From assembly GCA_051362555.1 (NCBI GenBank), contig CM120642.1:25296001-25360000 (forward strand): a stretch of DNA of 64,000 nt, written 5' to 3'. Position numbers and translations under genes: made by a program. This document shows, in pieces, positions 36,701 through 49,370 of this stretch. This DNA is from Lingula anatina (lineage: Eukaryota; Animalia; Brachiopoda). Position 1 is the stretch's first letter, and each line of letters starts with the position of its first letter. The notes beneath the pieces were generated by a model that was not told where the DNA came from, did not search any database, and saw only the letters and a program-made list of their open reading frames with translations.

Positions 36701-39700
36701 TTCAGTATAAAGAGGTAATTTGCTTTAGGTAATTATCACCTAACAATGACAACTTATTATTATAATTGACAATAAAGTTAATTTTGATAAATCTTTCCTG
36801 TGGATGTTTCTCTAGAAGCTGACCAAATTTGAAGAGAACACGGGGATAAAGTTCAGCAACATTCGTATCTTGGCCAAATGTTTCACCACCAAGAGGGTGC
36901 CGTACAACAACCTTACCATGTAAGTCTATATGATACAGAAAGGATAAAGGTGTTTCTGTTACAGTGCAGAGACTGTTAGTTTATATCACAAGTTTTCATT
37001 AACTTGAGGATATTTGCAAAGATATTAAGAAAGTATATTTACTGATTTAAGAAAAATAGTCATGGGAAAAACATTTAAAAAAAAAAAAAAAAAGAAAACA
37101 ACTAAAAGGAGGCCATATTTCTGTGAAGTGATGAATTATTATATTTAAATAAATACTCTTAACATGTTTTTAAAATATCATGGACAAAATTCATTCATAG
37201 ATTCTGGACCAAATTGTTTTTTCTTATTGAAATAATTAAATAATTATATAGAAAATATTTGAAGTGGCAGTTGATGAAAATTATTGGCATTGAATCACAT
37301 TTTTGAGACTAATTCACATTGTAAGATACCCGTTTTTAATTTCTCTTTATTCCAATGATATGTGTTTTATGATTGGTTTCAGGGGTAACAACCAAAGACT
37401 TGAGTTGCTAGGAGACACCATCATGAATCTCATTGCTGCCGAATATCTGTACAAACATTTCCCAGGCCACCATGAAGGACACTTGTCAGTAAGTAGACAG
37501 GCCTACAGTCTGCAGTTTCAAAAGGGAGGTGAGGGGTTCTTTTCTCAAATAGTGGACCTTTTTACCCTCCTTGGCATTAAAACTGAAGATGTAAAAATTA
37601 TTAATAAGAGTCTTATAATACTTTACGGTATTTATCTGTTTAGCTAATTGTTACCTTTACTTTCTTCATGAAGAGCCACCCAGTGTAGATGCCTACTATA
37701 AAAATATTGTATTCCTGGTTGTGGTTGTTCACCCAGAGATGTCCACTATAATATATAATATCACTTTGACCACAACTCCACCTAGTGGTCAAACAATAGC
37801 ACTGAAGAAGACTGCAGCAAAGAGTAGTGGAAAATTTCTGCACATACAGGCATTTTAACATCTTTTGCCTAGTTCTCTTTTGGATGAAAAAAAATCTCTT
37901 AAGACTATATTATATATCATATTGTATTCCAGCTTTTGCGTAGCTCTCTGGTGAACAACCACAACCAGGCTCTGGTGGCTGAGGAGCTGGGAATGCTGGA
38001 ATACCTCAACCTGGGACCAGAGGATGGGAGGAGAAAGCCTGTAGAGCTCAAGACTAAGGGGAAGGCTGACACTCTGGAAGGTATCAGTTATTATAAGCAC
38101 TGTCTTGGATGTAGGTTCCATATGTACTTTAAAACCTTGAAATTTTTTTCACTTAAGAATTAGATAATATAATTTGAAAATGCCAGAATCTGACATGGCC
38201 ATATTAGGCGAAGAACTTTACAAAATTATCCAGAGGCCCATTTTCAAGTTTGATGAAACTTTGTAAGTGAAAAAAAATTATGTCAGCAGAGAATTATTTT
38301 CTAAACAGATTTTCAAAACCGACTAAATGTTCAAGTTTTTACCGTGTATCCATCAAGACCAAGGGAATTAAAGCAGATACTCTGGAAGGTATCAGTACCA
38401 TGATGGATAGAGATTACATATTTATTTATTTATTTATTATAAATTCATATAGGATTCTCATATTGAGAGAAATATATTCAAGTGGTATGTCAGATGTATT
38501 TCAACATGTTATTTTGGTATTTTTGCAGCTTTTGTTGGTGCTCTGTATGTCGACAAGGACTTGCAGCATTGTGAAGTTTTCTGTCAAGTCTGCTTCTTCC
38601 CAAGGCTCACGGTAGGTTTTCTATACTTTTTCTAGTGTACAGACTTTTAACAAGAATTCTTGTGATTTTAAAATGCTTGGGATTGGGTATTATCCCTATT
38701 GGGTTTTAAATGGTTTTAGATAATATAAATGCTTAATAAAGCATAACTAATCAGGTCCCGTTTGCTGCTTTATCACAGGCTTTTGAACCAAGTACCACCA
38801 AGAATTTCACTAAATTATGTATTTTCTCTTTAAATGCCATTTGCTCTATATTTGTTATTTCAGCAATTCATCTTGAACCAAGAATGGAATGATCCCAAGT
38901 CTCAGTTACAGCAGTGCTGTCTAACACTGAGAGAACTGAACCAAGGAGAGCCAGACAGACCAGTCTACAAGTATGGATAGGTTATGTGCTTTTTAGACAG
39001 CATTCAGATTCACATATTGTACCAGTGTCCACTAGACTTAATTACCCCTTAGCTGGTCGAGGAGCCATGTCAGACAATTTAGCTGATTACATTGATTGCA
39101 CTTAAGTCAGAATCCCCCCACACAGTTGGATTTACCCAGCTGGTACAATGTCTGAATCTGAATAGTCCCTTATGTGCTTTTACCCCCCCCCTACCCCCCC
39201 CCCCCCACCAAAAAAAAAAAAGCTCTTTTATGATGATACTTTCAAGATGCAAATAAAATATTTTTTATTAATTTAAATAAATGTTTCAATTTTTAACCCA
39301 TACTAATATCTGTAACTGTGCTGGCTGAGACTGTTAACAGTGATGAAGCTTAATTGTGGTAGTTGCAATTAGCACCATGCACAGCGCAACTGAGGCCTAT
39401 GCTCTCTATAAAGCATTTTTTCTTATGTAGGACCCTAGGTGCGTCAGGTGCTACTAATACAAGGCAGTACCAGGTGGCTGTGTACTTCAGAGGTCAGAGG
39501 TTAGCCAGAGGGACTGGCCAGAGTATCAGGCTGGCTGAGATGGCAGCTGCTAGGAATGCTTTGGAAGAAAAAGCAGGTATGTTTTTTTCGTGTGAAAATC
39601 ACTCTACAAATCACTTTTTTTCTTTCAAATTTGGTGGACACATCTCATGCTTAGAATCAAACTTCATGATGCCTTTTAATTCAAATGTAATTAGATAATT

Positions 39701-40162
39701 TAAAAATGGCATGTAGCTTTTATATTTTGGTTTTGAAGTTCTTTTCTTTCCAAATGTGAACCTGTTGGTTTCGCTATTTCAAGTTTAGTGAAAAACAGCA
39801 TATTTCAGATATATAGGCAGTCAGTTATACAGAGAATACAACTGAATATACGTGAATCTGCGTGTGTAACTGAAATACCTGTGATATGCTCTGTTACAGA
39901 TATGTTTCCCCAGCTGGAGTTTCAGAAGAAATTCATTGAGGGTAAATACGACAGGAGACTGCGAGATGCGATCAAGTTAGACGAACAAGACGATGTCTTT
40001 AAGAACTATTCCCGTTTTGTTGAATCCTATACACAAGATAAATTGGTTGTGGAGGAAGAAAACTCCAACCTACCAATGGGCTATCGGGAGCCGAATGAAG
40101 TAACAAAAGATGAGAAAAACAAAGTTCGGAGCAAGAAGAAATCAAAGAGTGCAACTGAATAA
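24724..40162 (+). CDS. DROSHA: Drosha (class 2 ribonuclease III), about 29 coding exons
   Basis: Pro-rich and RS-rich N-terminus; KKQHPERLHEDLWFNEVGEMNDGPICRC; RIIIDa NERLEFLGDAV and MANCFEALLG; RIIIDb NQRLELLGD and KADTLEAFVGAL; dsRBD NDPKSQLQQCCL...YQVAVYFRG..AEMAAA. Exons read by eye: 24724-24928, 25241-25946, 26219-26314, 26667-26871, 27210-27360, 27699-27847, 28277-28357, 28656-28742, 28975-29061, 29319-29390, 29608-29752, 30225-30394, 30840-30964, 31336-31464, 31665-31743, 31975-32082, 32325-32454, 32644-32764, 35182-35281, 35582-35684, 36088-36206, 36566-36619, 36816-36919, 37383-37488, 37933-38080, 38529-38611, 38864-38970, 39431-39576, 39900-40162. Confidence 0.97.
32931..33720. repeat. 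161-bp tandem repeat, about 5 units (first four nearly identical)
   Basis: Unit start accgataacacgataagtgg recurs at 32931, 33092, 33253 and 33414, with a degenerate unit at 33575. Confidence 0.95.
34111..34807. repeat. ~360-bp direct tandem duplication (two copies)
   Basis: ttggcattttcaagg.gtgacttt occurs at 34116 and 34475, and the downstream sequences align closely. Confidence 0.9.
39002..39172. mobile_element. Small MITE-like element with ~24-bp inverted arms, in a Drosha intron
   Basis: attcagattcacatattgtaccag pairs imperfectly with ctggtacaatgtctgaatctgaat. Confidence 0.55.
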
Positions 40163-40758
40163 TGATATCAATTTTACAAATTAGAAGAGAAAAATAGGTT
40201 TAAATTGTGTTGTACTTTTGTGAAAATGTGAAGCTTTTCAAATACTACTGAAACGAGCTTCTCTTTGGTTTATAAATTTTGTTACCAGAAAAGGAAACTT
40301 CTATGTGAAACAGATAAAATATCTATTTGAATTTTATTTATATCTATTATACACAATTGTGTGACCTCTTGAGAAATATTTTTGAAACTCTTTACCCTGG
40401 TGCAATATAAACAAAACAAATTACTGCATTATATTACCAACGAAATAAAAATATGAAAAACGGTTTTGATTTATTCTTTTTATGTACAGTGCGTATTTTT
40501 TTAAGTCGGTAGATTGATCATCCAATCCATAAATTCTTGGTCGTTCGGTGATCCCGAAGAGTCCGTTAAGACACCGTCGACGTTAGAGCTTGTGAAAAAA
40601 AAGGAATTTTACAAATGCTCTTCTGAATTTACATACACTGATAATATTTGATAGAGACAATTCCTGATCTTGGCATAATTTGGCATGATCATACAGCAGA
40701 CGACAAATATGCTTTCCATCAGTAAAAATGAATAAAAAATAAAAATAATGATATCTAT

Positions 40759-42738
40759 TTATTTACAATAACATAGCTTTTTCAGCAAAGGAATGTCAAT
40801 GCAAGCAGACTGATCACCAAAGCGGTTAATTCTGCTTATGTCCCCTATCACCGCGTAACTGTCACTGAGCTCATGGTGTCTGACAGTGACCTCAAACAGG
40901 CCATTGCCTGGCTTGGTTTCAAGAGTAACAAGATAGTGCGCGACGCTCTCAGTCCTGTCAGTAAAGATAACCCGACGATCAATTACATCGTTTATGCTTT
41001 CCTGAAAGTGCAAGAATTTGTCATTTGCGTCCGACTTGTAGGCATCGTGTATTTTTAATAGAGACAATTTATGACAGGATTTCAAACTGTCACCCAGCAG
41101 ATGATTGATGTGTCGCACAATAGTATCAGCCGCGCGAACAACTTTGTTATCTGAAACGCTCACCAGAACTTGCTTTTGACACGTGCACCAGTGTGGCAAA
41201 ATCTCGGCACTCTCACAAGTTCGGTTTTCAGGGATTTCTCGGAAAAGGCTCACACCGCGATCTTTAATCAATCCCCAACTCCTAGATTTATGTGAAATAT
41301 CGTCAGAAAAGTATAGCAGATCCATGAGTGTCTCATAGATATCAAACGGTGTTGTCAGTCTTTGGGAATTTGTGCGCAAGTTCTTTACCATTTGTGGATA
41401 TTTCTTGTAAAGCCATGGCGGGTAAACGATAAATAGAAATGGAAGACGCTCTTCCAGTTTTCCTACGAACCGAGATCTTATACGTCCAAATCTCACCCCA
41501 TGGTCACTGAAATAGATAAGCACAGTGTTATTTAAGGTCCCGTCCTCGTGCAAACCCTGAAAGAACTCCAGATGTGGATCGTCTGCCGCTCTTGCTTCGT
41601 TAATGTCCTCGTGCGTGAGACGCGTTATAAAAGAGAACGCAAAAAATGGCTTGCTTTTGTGAAGATTAACAAAATCAGATACGTAATTAAGGACAATATT
41701 TGTCTCTAAACGATCCCCCGCGCAATGATGGATTTTGTTCCAAAGCATCGGTTCAGCTTCCATTGCCAAACTAAGCGGCCGGAGGTAAGCGTCAGCTGGT
41801 GGCTCGTGGAAACCCAGTTTGTGATAGTTAAATATCGCAATTTCGGGAGCATCTTCTGCGTAGAGCGTCCTGTACCCCGCCGATGAATAATTTTTCCAGG
41901 CAAATGGGTATTTATCAAAAGATTCGTTCCGAAGCGTTTCGTTCCAAGGGAGCTCTTCTGTGAATTTCCCCGTGAACATAGGGATCAAATTTACCATCGT
42001 GTTGTCAGCTACCTTGTTATAGCCTAACAGTTCAACAGCATTCAACTTTTCCAAAAGATATTTCCTTGTTTTTGGCAGTTGTCGGATATGATTTAGTCTG
42101 GACACAGAATCTGCTCCAATCATGATAACATTGAGAGTTTCTTTTATCTTATGAAGTTTCAAATGATTCTTAAATTTCTTGTACGACAGTCGTTCGGTGT
42201 TTGTGGACTCCGCTTGCACGAATGCATAAAAGTTGATGTAAATCGACCTACGACCCCGAAAACACATTACTCGAACAAACTCCTCAAACACTTCGATTTC
42301 GTCTTTGAAAATAACCACCGTTGAGCTGAACGAGTATCCATGTTTATCTTCAGGGGTTACTCTTACTATGGCTTGATACTGACATTCGAGTTCGGCGGCG
42401 TCTGTTAGCTGCAGCCTGCCCACCACCGTCTTATTCACTTTGATCCTATTGCCTTCTTTATACGTTAAAGGCGCAAAACGGCCGGTGCAATGCAATTTAT
42501 GTCCTTCATGCACCAGCATCTGAATAGACTTGTCAAACGGGTCTAAATTCGGTATTTTACAACCACTCGTATCGACCAAATATGCTTCACTTTGCATGGG
42601 CGTCTTTCTGAGAGAAAACACGCGCGTAGAGGCGCGCCTGACGTGATACCTCTTTGAATAGAGTAGGAGTTGAAGCAGCAGGAGCGTCACTGACAGCGTT
42701 ACCAAGGCGGGCTTCCATCTCCTGTAGAGTAGTGACAT
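40759..42738 (-). CDS. DUF229 family protein (alkaline phosphatase/sulfatase-like fold), type II membrane, intronless CDS, 659 aa
   Basis: N-terminal TM segment; motifs GCKIP.LDP, NVIMIGADSVSRLN, GYNKVADNT, GYRTLYAED, FSDHGVRFG, GKLEERLP, RLTTPFDIYETL, C..AEI.PHWCTC and terminal LCYC. Confidence 0.9.
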   Translation of the reverse strand: MSLLYRRWKPALVTLSVTLLLLQLLLYSKRYHVRRASTRVFSLRKTPMQSEAYLVDTSGCKIPNLDPFDKSIQMLVHEGHKLHCTGRFAPLTYKEGNRIKVNKTVVGRLQLTDAAELECQYQAIVRVTPEDKHGYSFSSTVVIFKDEIEVFEEFVRVMCFRGRRSIYINFYAFVQAESTNTERLSYKKFKNHLKLHKIKETLNVIMIGADSVSRLNHIRQLPKTRKYLLEKLNAVELLGYNKVADNTMVNLIPMFTGKFTEELPWNETLRNESFDKYPFAWKNYSSAGYRTLYAEDAPEIAIFNYHKLGFHEPPADAYLRPLSLAMEAEPMLWNKIHHCAGDRLETNIVLNYVSDFVNLHKSKPFFAFSFITRLTHEDINEARAADDPHLEFFQGLHEDGTLNNTVLIYFSDHGVRFGRIRSRFVGKLEERLPFLFIVYPPWLYKKYPQMVKNLRTNSQRLTTPFDIYETLMDLLYFSDDISHKSRSWGLIKDRGVSLFREIPENRTCESAEILPHWCTCQKQVLVSVSDNKVVRAADTIVRHINHLLGDSLKSCHKLSLLKIHDAYKSDANDKFLHFQESINDVIDRRVIFTDRTESVAHYLVTLETKPGNGLFEVTVRHHELSDSYAVIGDISRINRFGDQSACIDIPLLKKLCYCK

Positions 42739-44263
42739 TAAGTTCGTCTGTGTAAGATCTGAAACATAACGGGAACGAGATAAGTATCTGACAAAATGTA
42801 GTCATCATGGGTACACGCATTGCGTCTTTCCAAGATGGAAAATATAATCGCAATAATTATCCATATTAGTGTCATGGCAAACGTTATTTTCACAGACAAC
42901 TGATCTCAAATTAAGTAAATATCCCTTTCAAAGGTGAGTTTTTACTGCCCTCTAAATTTAGAGTGCAGAAACTGGGATTGACATAGAATTTCATAGCATT
43001 AAAAGGGGATAAGAAAAATGATTACAGGGCCTACAGCCAGATCGGGTGTCTTACTTGCTTACAATCTAAGATCTAATATACCGTTTATTAGATCTTAGCT
43101 TACAATGAACCCCTATCTAGTAAGCTTATTACGTGGTTCTACGTCAATTTTTTTATATTCCTAGATTTGGAAATATTACACTTTGGCAACTCTAATTTAT
43201 AATAGCAAATTCCATCTTAACACTGTGCTACAGTCCAGGAATATAGCTGAAAAGGATGGCTAGGTTTTTTATCTGTTCGAGTTTTTGCCTCTCGCTTACT
43301 CAAGGCTTTCTTGGCCACGTGAGCTATATATAGACCCTGCCTGTTCTTGCAGCAATTTCTGTGCAACGCTTAGGTCTCCTATGAGACCTTAGTTTACTGT
43401 TTCCAGCACTCCTGAAAATTATGTTCTTTTCTACTGAGTGAGCCAGCACGGAAAGGAATATACATATAAAAGTAAATTGGAGCGCTAGATAGGCTAAAAT
43501 TCGGTCATTCGGGCTCACCCTAATCGACAAACTGGTAATTTCTGAGTAACGTTTCTCATATAGAATAACTCTACCAGAGAGGGTCACAAACAGGCCACTC
43601 ACCAATGTAACATCTTATTTTCCGAATCATGATGGACCCACGCATTTCTGTCTGTTGAAAAATAAGCCTCTATCCACCAGGCTTTTGGGAAGACTATAGC
43701 TCATGATAACTGAAAGACACCGTGGAATCGTTTCGACGCCATCTTAACAGCTGTATACTGAGTGAGTGGTTGGAGGATTCTATTTTTATGCACACAAGAA
43801 ATTTAATCCGGGGTTCTCCCCATATGTTTTAGATTATGCGTCCGTATCCAGGCGTCCGTTTCCGGAGTAGGGGTATCCCGTAAACAAAAGATGTCCGGGA
43901 TTATTGAAATATTTAATTTTGACACAAGACAACAGTGCATGAAAATAAAGGAATTGCTTCCTGTGTGTTTCTATTTCAAAATATATATAATAACTACACA
44001 AAGAGAAGCGGTACTTTAAACAGACACCCTACTGTATGGACTGTATGGATGATTGGGCCTACTCATAAAAAGGACGGACCGAGAAGGAACATTTCAAATT
44101 TATAAAACTAAAAAAGGCTAGAGCGTCAGTGTGGCGTTACATTTTCCGGCCAAATGTTTTTGCCGATTGGCGATCGGCATTGTCTTCAAACATCTTGGCC
44201 CAAATAGCCACCCTCATATCGCTACTCCGATCCCCCCCCCCCCCCCCAAAAAAAAAAAAATAA

Positions 44264-44298
<35 letters not shown>

Positions 44299-46279
44299 CA
44301 ATAATAAAAAGGGGGATATCGAAATTCGCGTCCAAAAAACATTCGCGGCTAACGCGTAGTCGTTTGTTTCTTTTACTCACATAAAATTTTTCCTGCTTGC
44401 AATTGGCTGTTAGATTTTCTTACGGATCTTCGGATATTTTTTCTGCTTTTTGTGTCTCGTGACTTTAAAAACTTTGACAGATGAATTATTTCACAACCGG
44501 AATATCTGAATATCTTCAGTAAAAACTAACTTTTGTGTTATAAAACATATTTATTATACTTATAAGGACTAATATAATTTAAACGAAATATTGTATTTTC
44601 TTTTTCCTACTTGTAATCCTAATAACTTACTAAAGATTTGCCTAAAAGTACCTAAAATACACAAAATAGGTACGAATGAGACACGAAAAGTCGCTTTCCG
44701 CCTTGAGAATACAAATAAGTGCTTTGCATAAATTTCTGAACACTAATTTTCAGATTTAAATAGTTCCTTGGCATATATAGAATGTCATATTACTGTCAGT
44801 TTTTGCTTCAGCTTATCGATGCAGAAAGAATATTTTAATTAATTAGTAAATTCATTGATGTCAATGCCTGATGTAGCTCCTACACAAAGTATTCTGCAAG
44901 GTCGGGTATGGACGGCTGTATAAAGGAGCCTCCCACCCCCTCCCCTTCCTTTTAGCGTTTTCCAGTGTTTTATATAAAAGCTAATTCATTTTACGTAATT
45001 TTAGTGGAAGGGGGCTTTACAGCTCGAATAAATAAAGTTGTAGCAAGAGAACGACAAATGTTTTCTGTATACTTTTGTTCATTGTGTTCAATGTGAAAAT
45101 GAAGTAGAATTTTTGTTAGAAAAGGTATCGAAACTGATGTATTGTGTTATGTCAGTAGAGGTTACTACTGGTTACTAGTTCGTTTTCTCGACTTTCTTAT
45201 TAACAACTACAAAACAAAATTTCACAATTAATTCTTTTAATCATACATTTTTCATGAATGATGTGGAGAGAAGACAGTAGAAAAGGTAATTCTCGTGATT
45301 TAGAGTAAATAACAATTTTTATTTGAGGCAAAAAAAGAAAATATTTGATAATTGTATATGAATTGTTTCTATTAGAATAATCATTTTGGACCTAGCAATC
45401 TATATGGTATATACGAGTTACAGCTGACTAACAAAAACAGGTATGATGATTTTAACTTGTTAAACAGCATAACCTTTTATGTTCAAAAACATATTATATT
45501 TATTAGCAAAAACTATACAATAATATTGGCACATTATCAGACATAAATTTTATATGAAAGAACTTGCTTCCTGAGTGAAAGTACTTGCTTCCTGAGAATA
45601 AATTTAAACAGAAGACTGATATATTATGAAAAGGAAAGTGAAAAATGACAAATGTTCATTAACATATATGATATCGTTTGGTGCTTCATATATACAGTAA
45701 CTTCATGTAAATAATGACGAATGATTTCTATAACAAGTGACTCCTTATATGAACAATTTAAAATAGTTATAACTTTTAGAAAATGGTGCTAGTGTTGAGA
45801 ATACTTAATATATTTTGGCACATTCCAAACAGCAGTTTCTTAAAAGTAAACACATTCTATACAGAACATTTCATGCAATGTTAATGTTTGAGTAAACAGA
45901 TGTAAAACTGCTTCATGAGCAACAATAACAAAGTTGTGTTATTTATGTTGTAAGTGTAGCAATCTTATTTCTTAGAGTAAGTAAATTTACTGTAAGCCAC
46001 AATTAAATGTAATGGTAATTAACATAAGTAAAGGTGAACAGCTGAATTAGTTTTTGACTCAAAATTTGATGCACATCGTATTTCAAATAATAGACCTTTT
46101 ATTAATGACTGACATTCATACAAATATCTAAACAAGGCTAAAACACCAGTAAATGTATATATATTCAAACTATTACAAAACCAAAATGAGAATAAAAATT
46201 ATTGAGAAATAAAGTTCCTTTGATACTGTCAATGTGAGTTATTTAGGTAAAGTTTTAAAAAAAAAATTCTATACATGTC

Positions 46280-46960
46280 TTGTATACATAGTATACACTC
46301 AAAATTCCTGACAAAAATGAATTTGCTACAGATATATCATGCATACATAGTATACATTAAACATTTCCAACAAAAATGAATTGCTACAGATATATCATGC
46401 TTACATAGTATACATTAAACATTTCCAACAAAAATGAATTGCTATAGATATATATTGTATACATAGTATACACTTAACATTTCCGACAAAAATGAATTGC
46501 TATACATATGTCGTGCATACATAGTACACATTCAACATTTCCGACAAAAATGAATTGCTATACATATATCATGTATACATAGTATACACTCAACATTTCC
46601 GACAAAAGTGAATTGCTATACATATATATTGTATACATAGTACACACTCAACATTTCCGACAAAAGTGAATTGCTATACATATATCGTGCATACATAGTA
46701 CACACTCAACATTTCCAACAAAAATGAATTGCTATACATATATATTGTATACATAGTACACACTCAACATTTCCGACAAAAGTGAATTGCTATACATATA
46801 TCGTGCATACATAGTACGCACTCAACATTTCCGACAAAAATGAATTGCTATAGATATATATTGTATACATGGTATACACTCAACATTTCCAACAAAAAAT
46901 GAATTGCTATACATGTAGATATATATTGTATACGTAGTATACACTCAATATTTCTGATAC
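46280..46960. repeat. 58-bp minisatellite, about 11-12 units
   Basis: Approximate unit gtatacatagtacacactcaacatttccgacaaaaatgaattgctatacatatatt; period 58 (tacatag at 46344 and 46402). Confidence 0.95.
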
Positions 46961-47984
46961 AGCACTGTGCCTAATCACAAAACCAGACTCTGAATTCTAC
47001 TAGTCTCTCCCCCGCAGCTGACCATCAAAGTTATCAAACTTGTCATCACAGCTTTTGGGGTGGAGACTGATATTATTGGACAGAAAATATGTAAAATGTG
47101 CAGACATCTCAATTTGCTAATGACAAATAACATAGGTGGATGGAATTTAAATAAAGCAAATGGCACTGGCAGAGTAATGTGGGAAGTGATAGCTAAAAAA
47201 ATATGTAATAAACAGATGACTAGTGCGTAAATAAACAATGGGTGCATGGTCTTTAACAGAAATAATAAAATAATTCTTAAATTTAATATAAGTATACAGC
47301 CAAAATTAGAAATAATCTGGCTTGTGGGTGGGCAGCTAAAAAGAATTTTATTAAGATAAAAATGGAATAAATTTAAAACATATGATTTCCTATTTAAGTT
47401 CAACCGTAGTAAGTCAAAAGTCAAAGTACAGTAACATATGAAGATTATAATGTATGATTTATTGTTCAACATCAAAAGTAACTATTGTTATATGGATGTA
47501 TCTCTCCTAATTCTGAAGAAATATTAGGACTAAAAAATTTGCAAGTGCATTTCTTGATGGAAAGTAGGCCAAGGTCAAATTCTAGGTTACTAGTACATTT
47601 GGATTCGTACCATATATTATTTCCTATTCAAGGTCAATTGGGGTGTATCTCTGTTAGTTTTGGACTGTGGTATAAGGGCAAAAATATTGCATTGGATTTC
47701 AACAAGGACATACACTACCTGTACATGTAAGTCAAAAGTCAATGTACTGAAAGCTGGCATAAAAAGGACTGTATGGATACTTTATCAAAATGTAAATTTA
47801 AAGTGCAGGAAAATTATATATGTCATCACCAAACAAGATTATCAATTGTGTTTTTTAAGTTTTTAAAAAGAAAATTATAGTTACCTGTATTCATAAGATC
47901 TCAAAAATTAATTATTAAAAATAGCACAGATTTATACATGAATCAAAATTATAAATTCAAAAGTGGAGAGTAAATCAAACAGGA

Positions 47985-49370
47985 GAAAATAAAATGGAGA
48001 AATTTGGTGTGGTAGAGAAAAAAATTGATACTGTGGGAAAATGGGAAGATTAGTGAAAGGTAGTGTGGCAAGGGAGATTGAGGGAGATGTGTTGTGGTAG
48101 GGATGAATAGGGGAAAGTTAGAGAGAAGTGGTGTGGTAGGGGAGAAAAGGGAAAATTGAGTGAAAAGTGGTGTGGTAGGGGAGAAAAGGGAAAATTGAGG
48201 GGAAAGTGGCATAGTAGGGGAGAAAAGAGAAAATTGAGGGAAAAGTGGTGTGGTAGGGGAAAAGGGAAAATTGAGGGAAAAGTGGTGTGGTAGGGGAGAA
48301 AAGGGAAAATTGAGGGAAAAGTGGCATAGTAGGGAAGAAAAGGGACAATTGAGGGGAAAGTGGTAGGAGAGAAAAGGGAAAATTGAGGGAAAAGTGGTGT
48401 GGTAGGAGAGAAAAGAGGAAAGAAAGGAAAGAGTGGTGTAGTAGGAAATTGAGGGAAAAGTAGTGTGTTAGGAGAGAAAAGTAAAAAGTGGGAAGAGGTG
48501 GTGTTTTTGGGAAAATATAGAGGTGGTGTAATGGGGGAGGCAAGGAAAAGTGAGGAAGAGTTGGTGCTGTAAGGAAAATTGAGGGAAAAGTAGTGAAGTA
48601 GGGGAAAAAAGGGAAAATGTTGGAGAAGGGATGTAGTAGGAGAGAAAGTGGGGATATGTGGTGCTGAAAGGGAATTTAAAGGAGAAGTGGTATATAGTAG
48701 GGGGAGGAAAGGGAAAGTTGGGGAGGTTTGGTGTTAGAAGGAAAATTGAGGTAGAAGGGTGACGTGGGGGTTAAAAGGAGAAATTGAGAGAGAAGTGGTA
48801 TAGTAGGGGAGAAAAAGGAAAGTGGGGGAGAGGTGGTGTTGCTGGGGAAATCGAGAGAGAAGTGGTGTGGTAGTGGAGAAAAAGGGAGAGTTAGGGAGAG
48901 GTGGTGTTGTGGGGGAATTTTTTGGGGGAGTGGTGTAGTAGGGGAAAAAAGGAAAGTGGGGGAGAGTTGGTGGTGTAAGGGAAATTAAGGGAGATGTGGC
49001 ATGGTTGGGGAGAAAAAGGAAAAATGAGGGGTAAGTGGTGTGGTAGGGGAGAGAAGGGAAAGTAAGGAGAAAGGTGGTGTTTTAGGGGAATTTGAGGGAA
49101 AAGTGGTAAGTGGAGTAAATAAGTGGGGAATAGGTGGTGTTTTGGGGGAAGTTGAGGGAGAAGTGTGGTAGTGGAAAAAAGGGGCAAGTTAGGGAGAGGT
49201 GGTGTTTTAGGGGAATCGAGGGAGAAGTGGTGTGTTAGGGGAGAAAGGGGAGAAGTTAGGGAGAGGTAATGTGGAAAGGGTAATTGATTGAGAAGTGTGT
49301 TAGGAGAGAAAAGGGAAAGTGGGGGAAATTAATGGAGTGGTGGTATGTTAGTGGAGAAAAGGAAAGTATG
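47985..49370. repeat. Degenerate ~40-bp purine/G-rich minisatellite (~1.4 kb)
   Basis: Variants of gaaaagtggtgtggtaggggagaaaagggaaaattgaggg repeat throughout. The + strand is almost devoid of C. Confidence 0.9.

Noticed and set aside
46975-47475. 166-aa hydrophobic ORF
   Set aside because: Low-complexity AT-rich translation with no recognisable domain or exon context.
47949-49187. Pro/Phe/Leu-rich minus-strand ORFs
   Set aside because: These are translations of a pyrimidine-rich minisatellite strand that lacks stops by composition.
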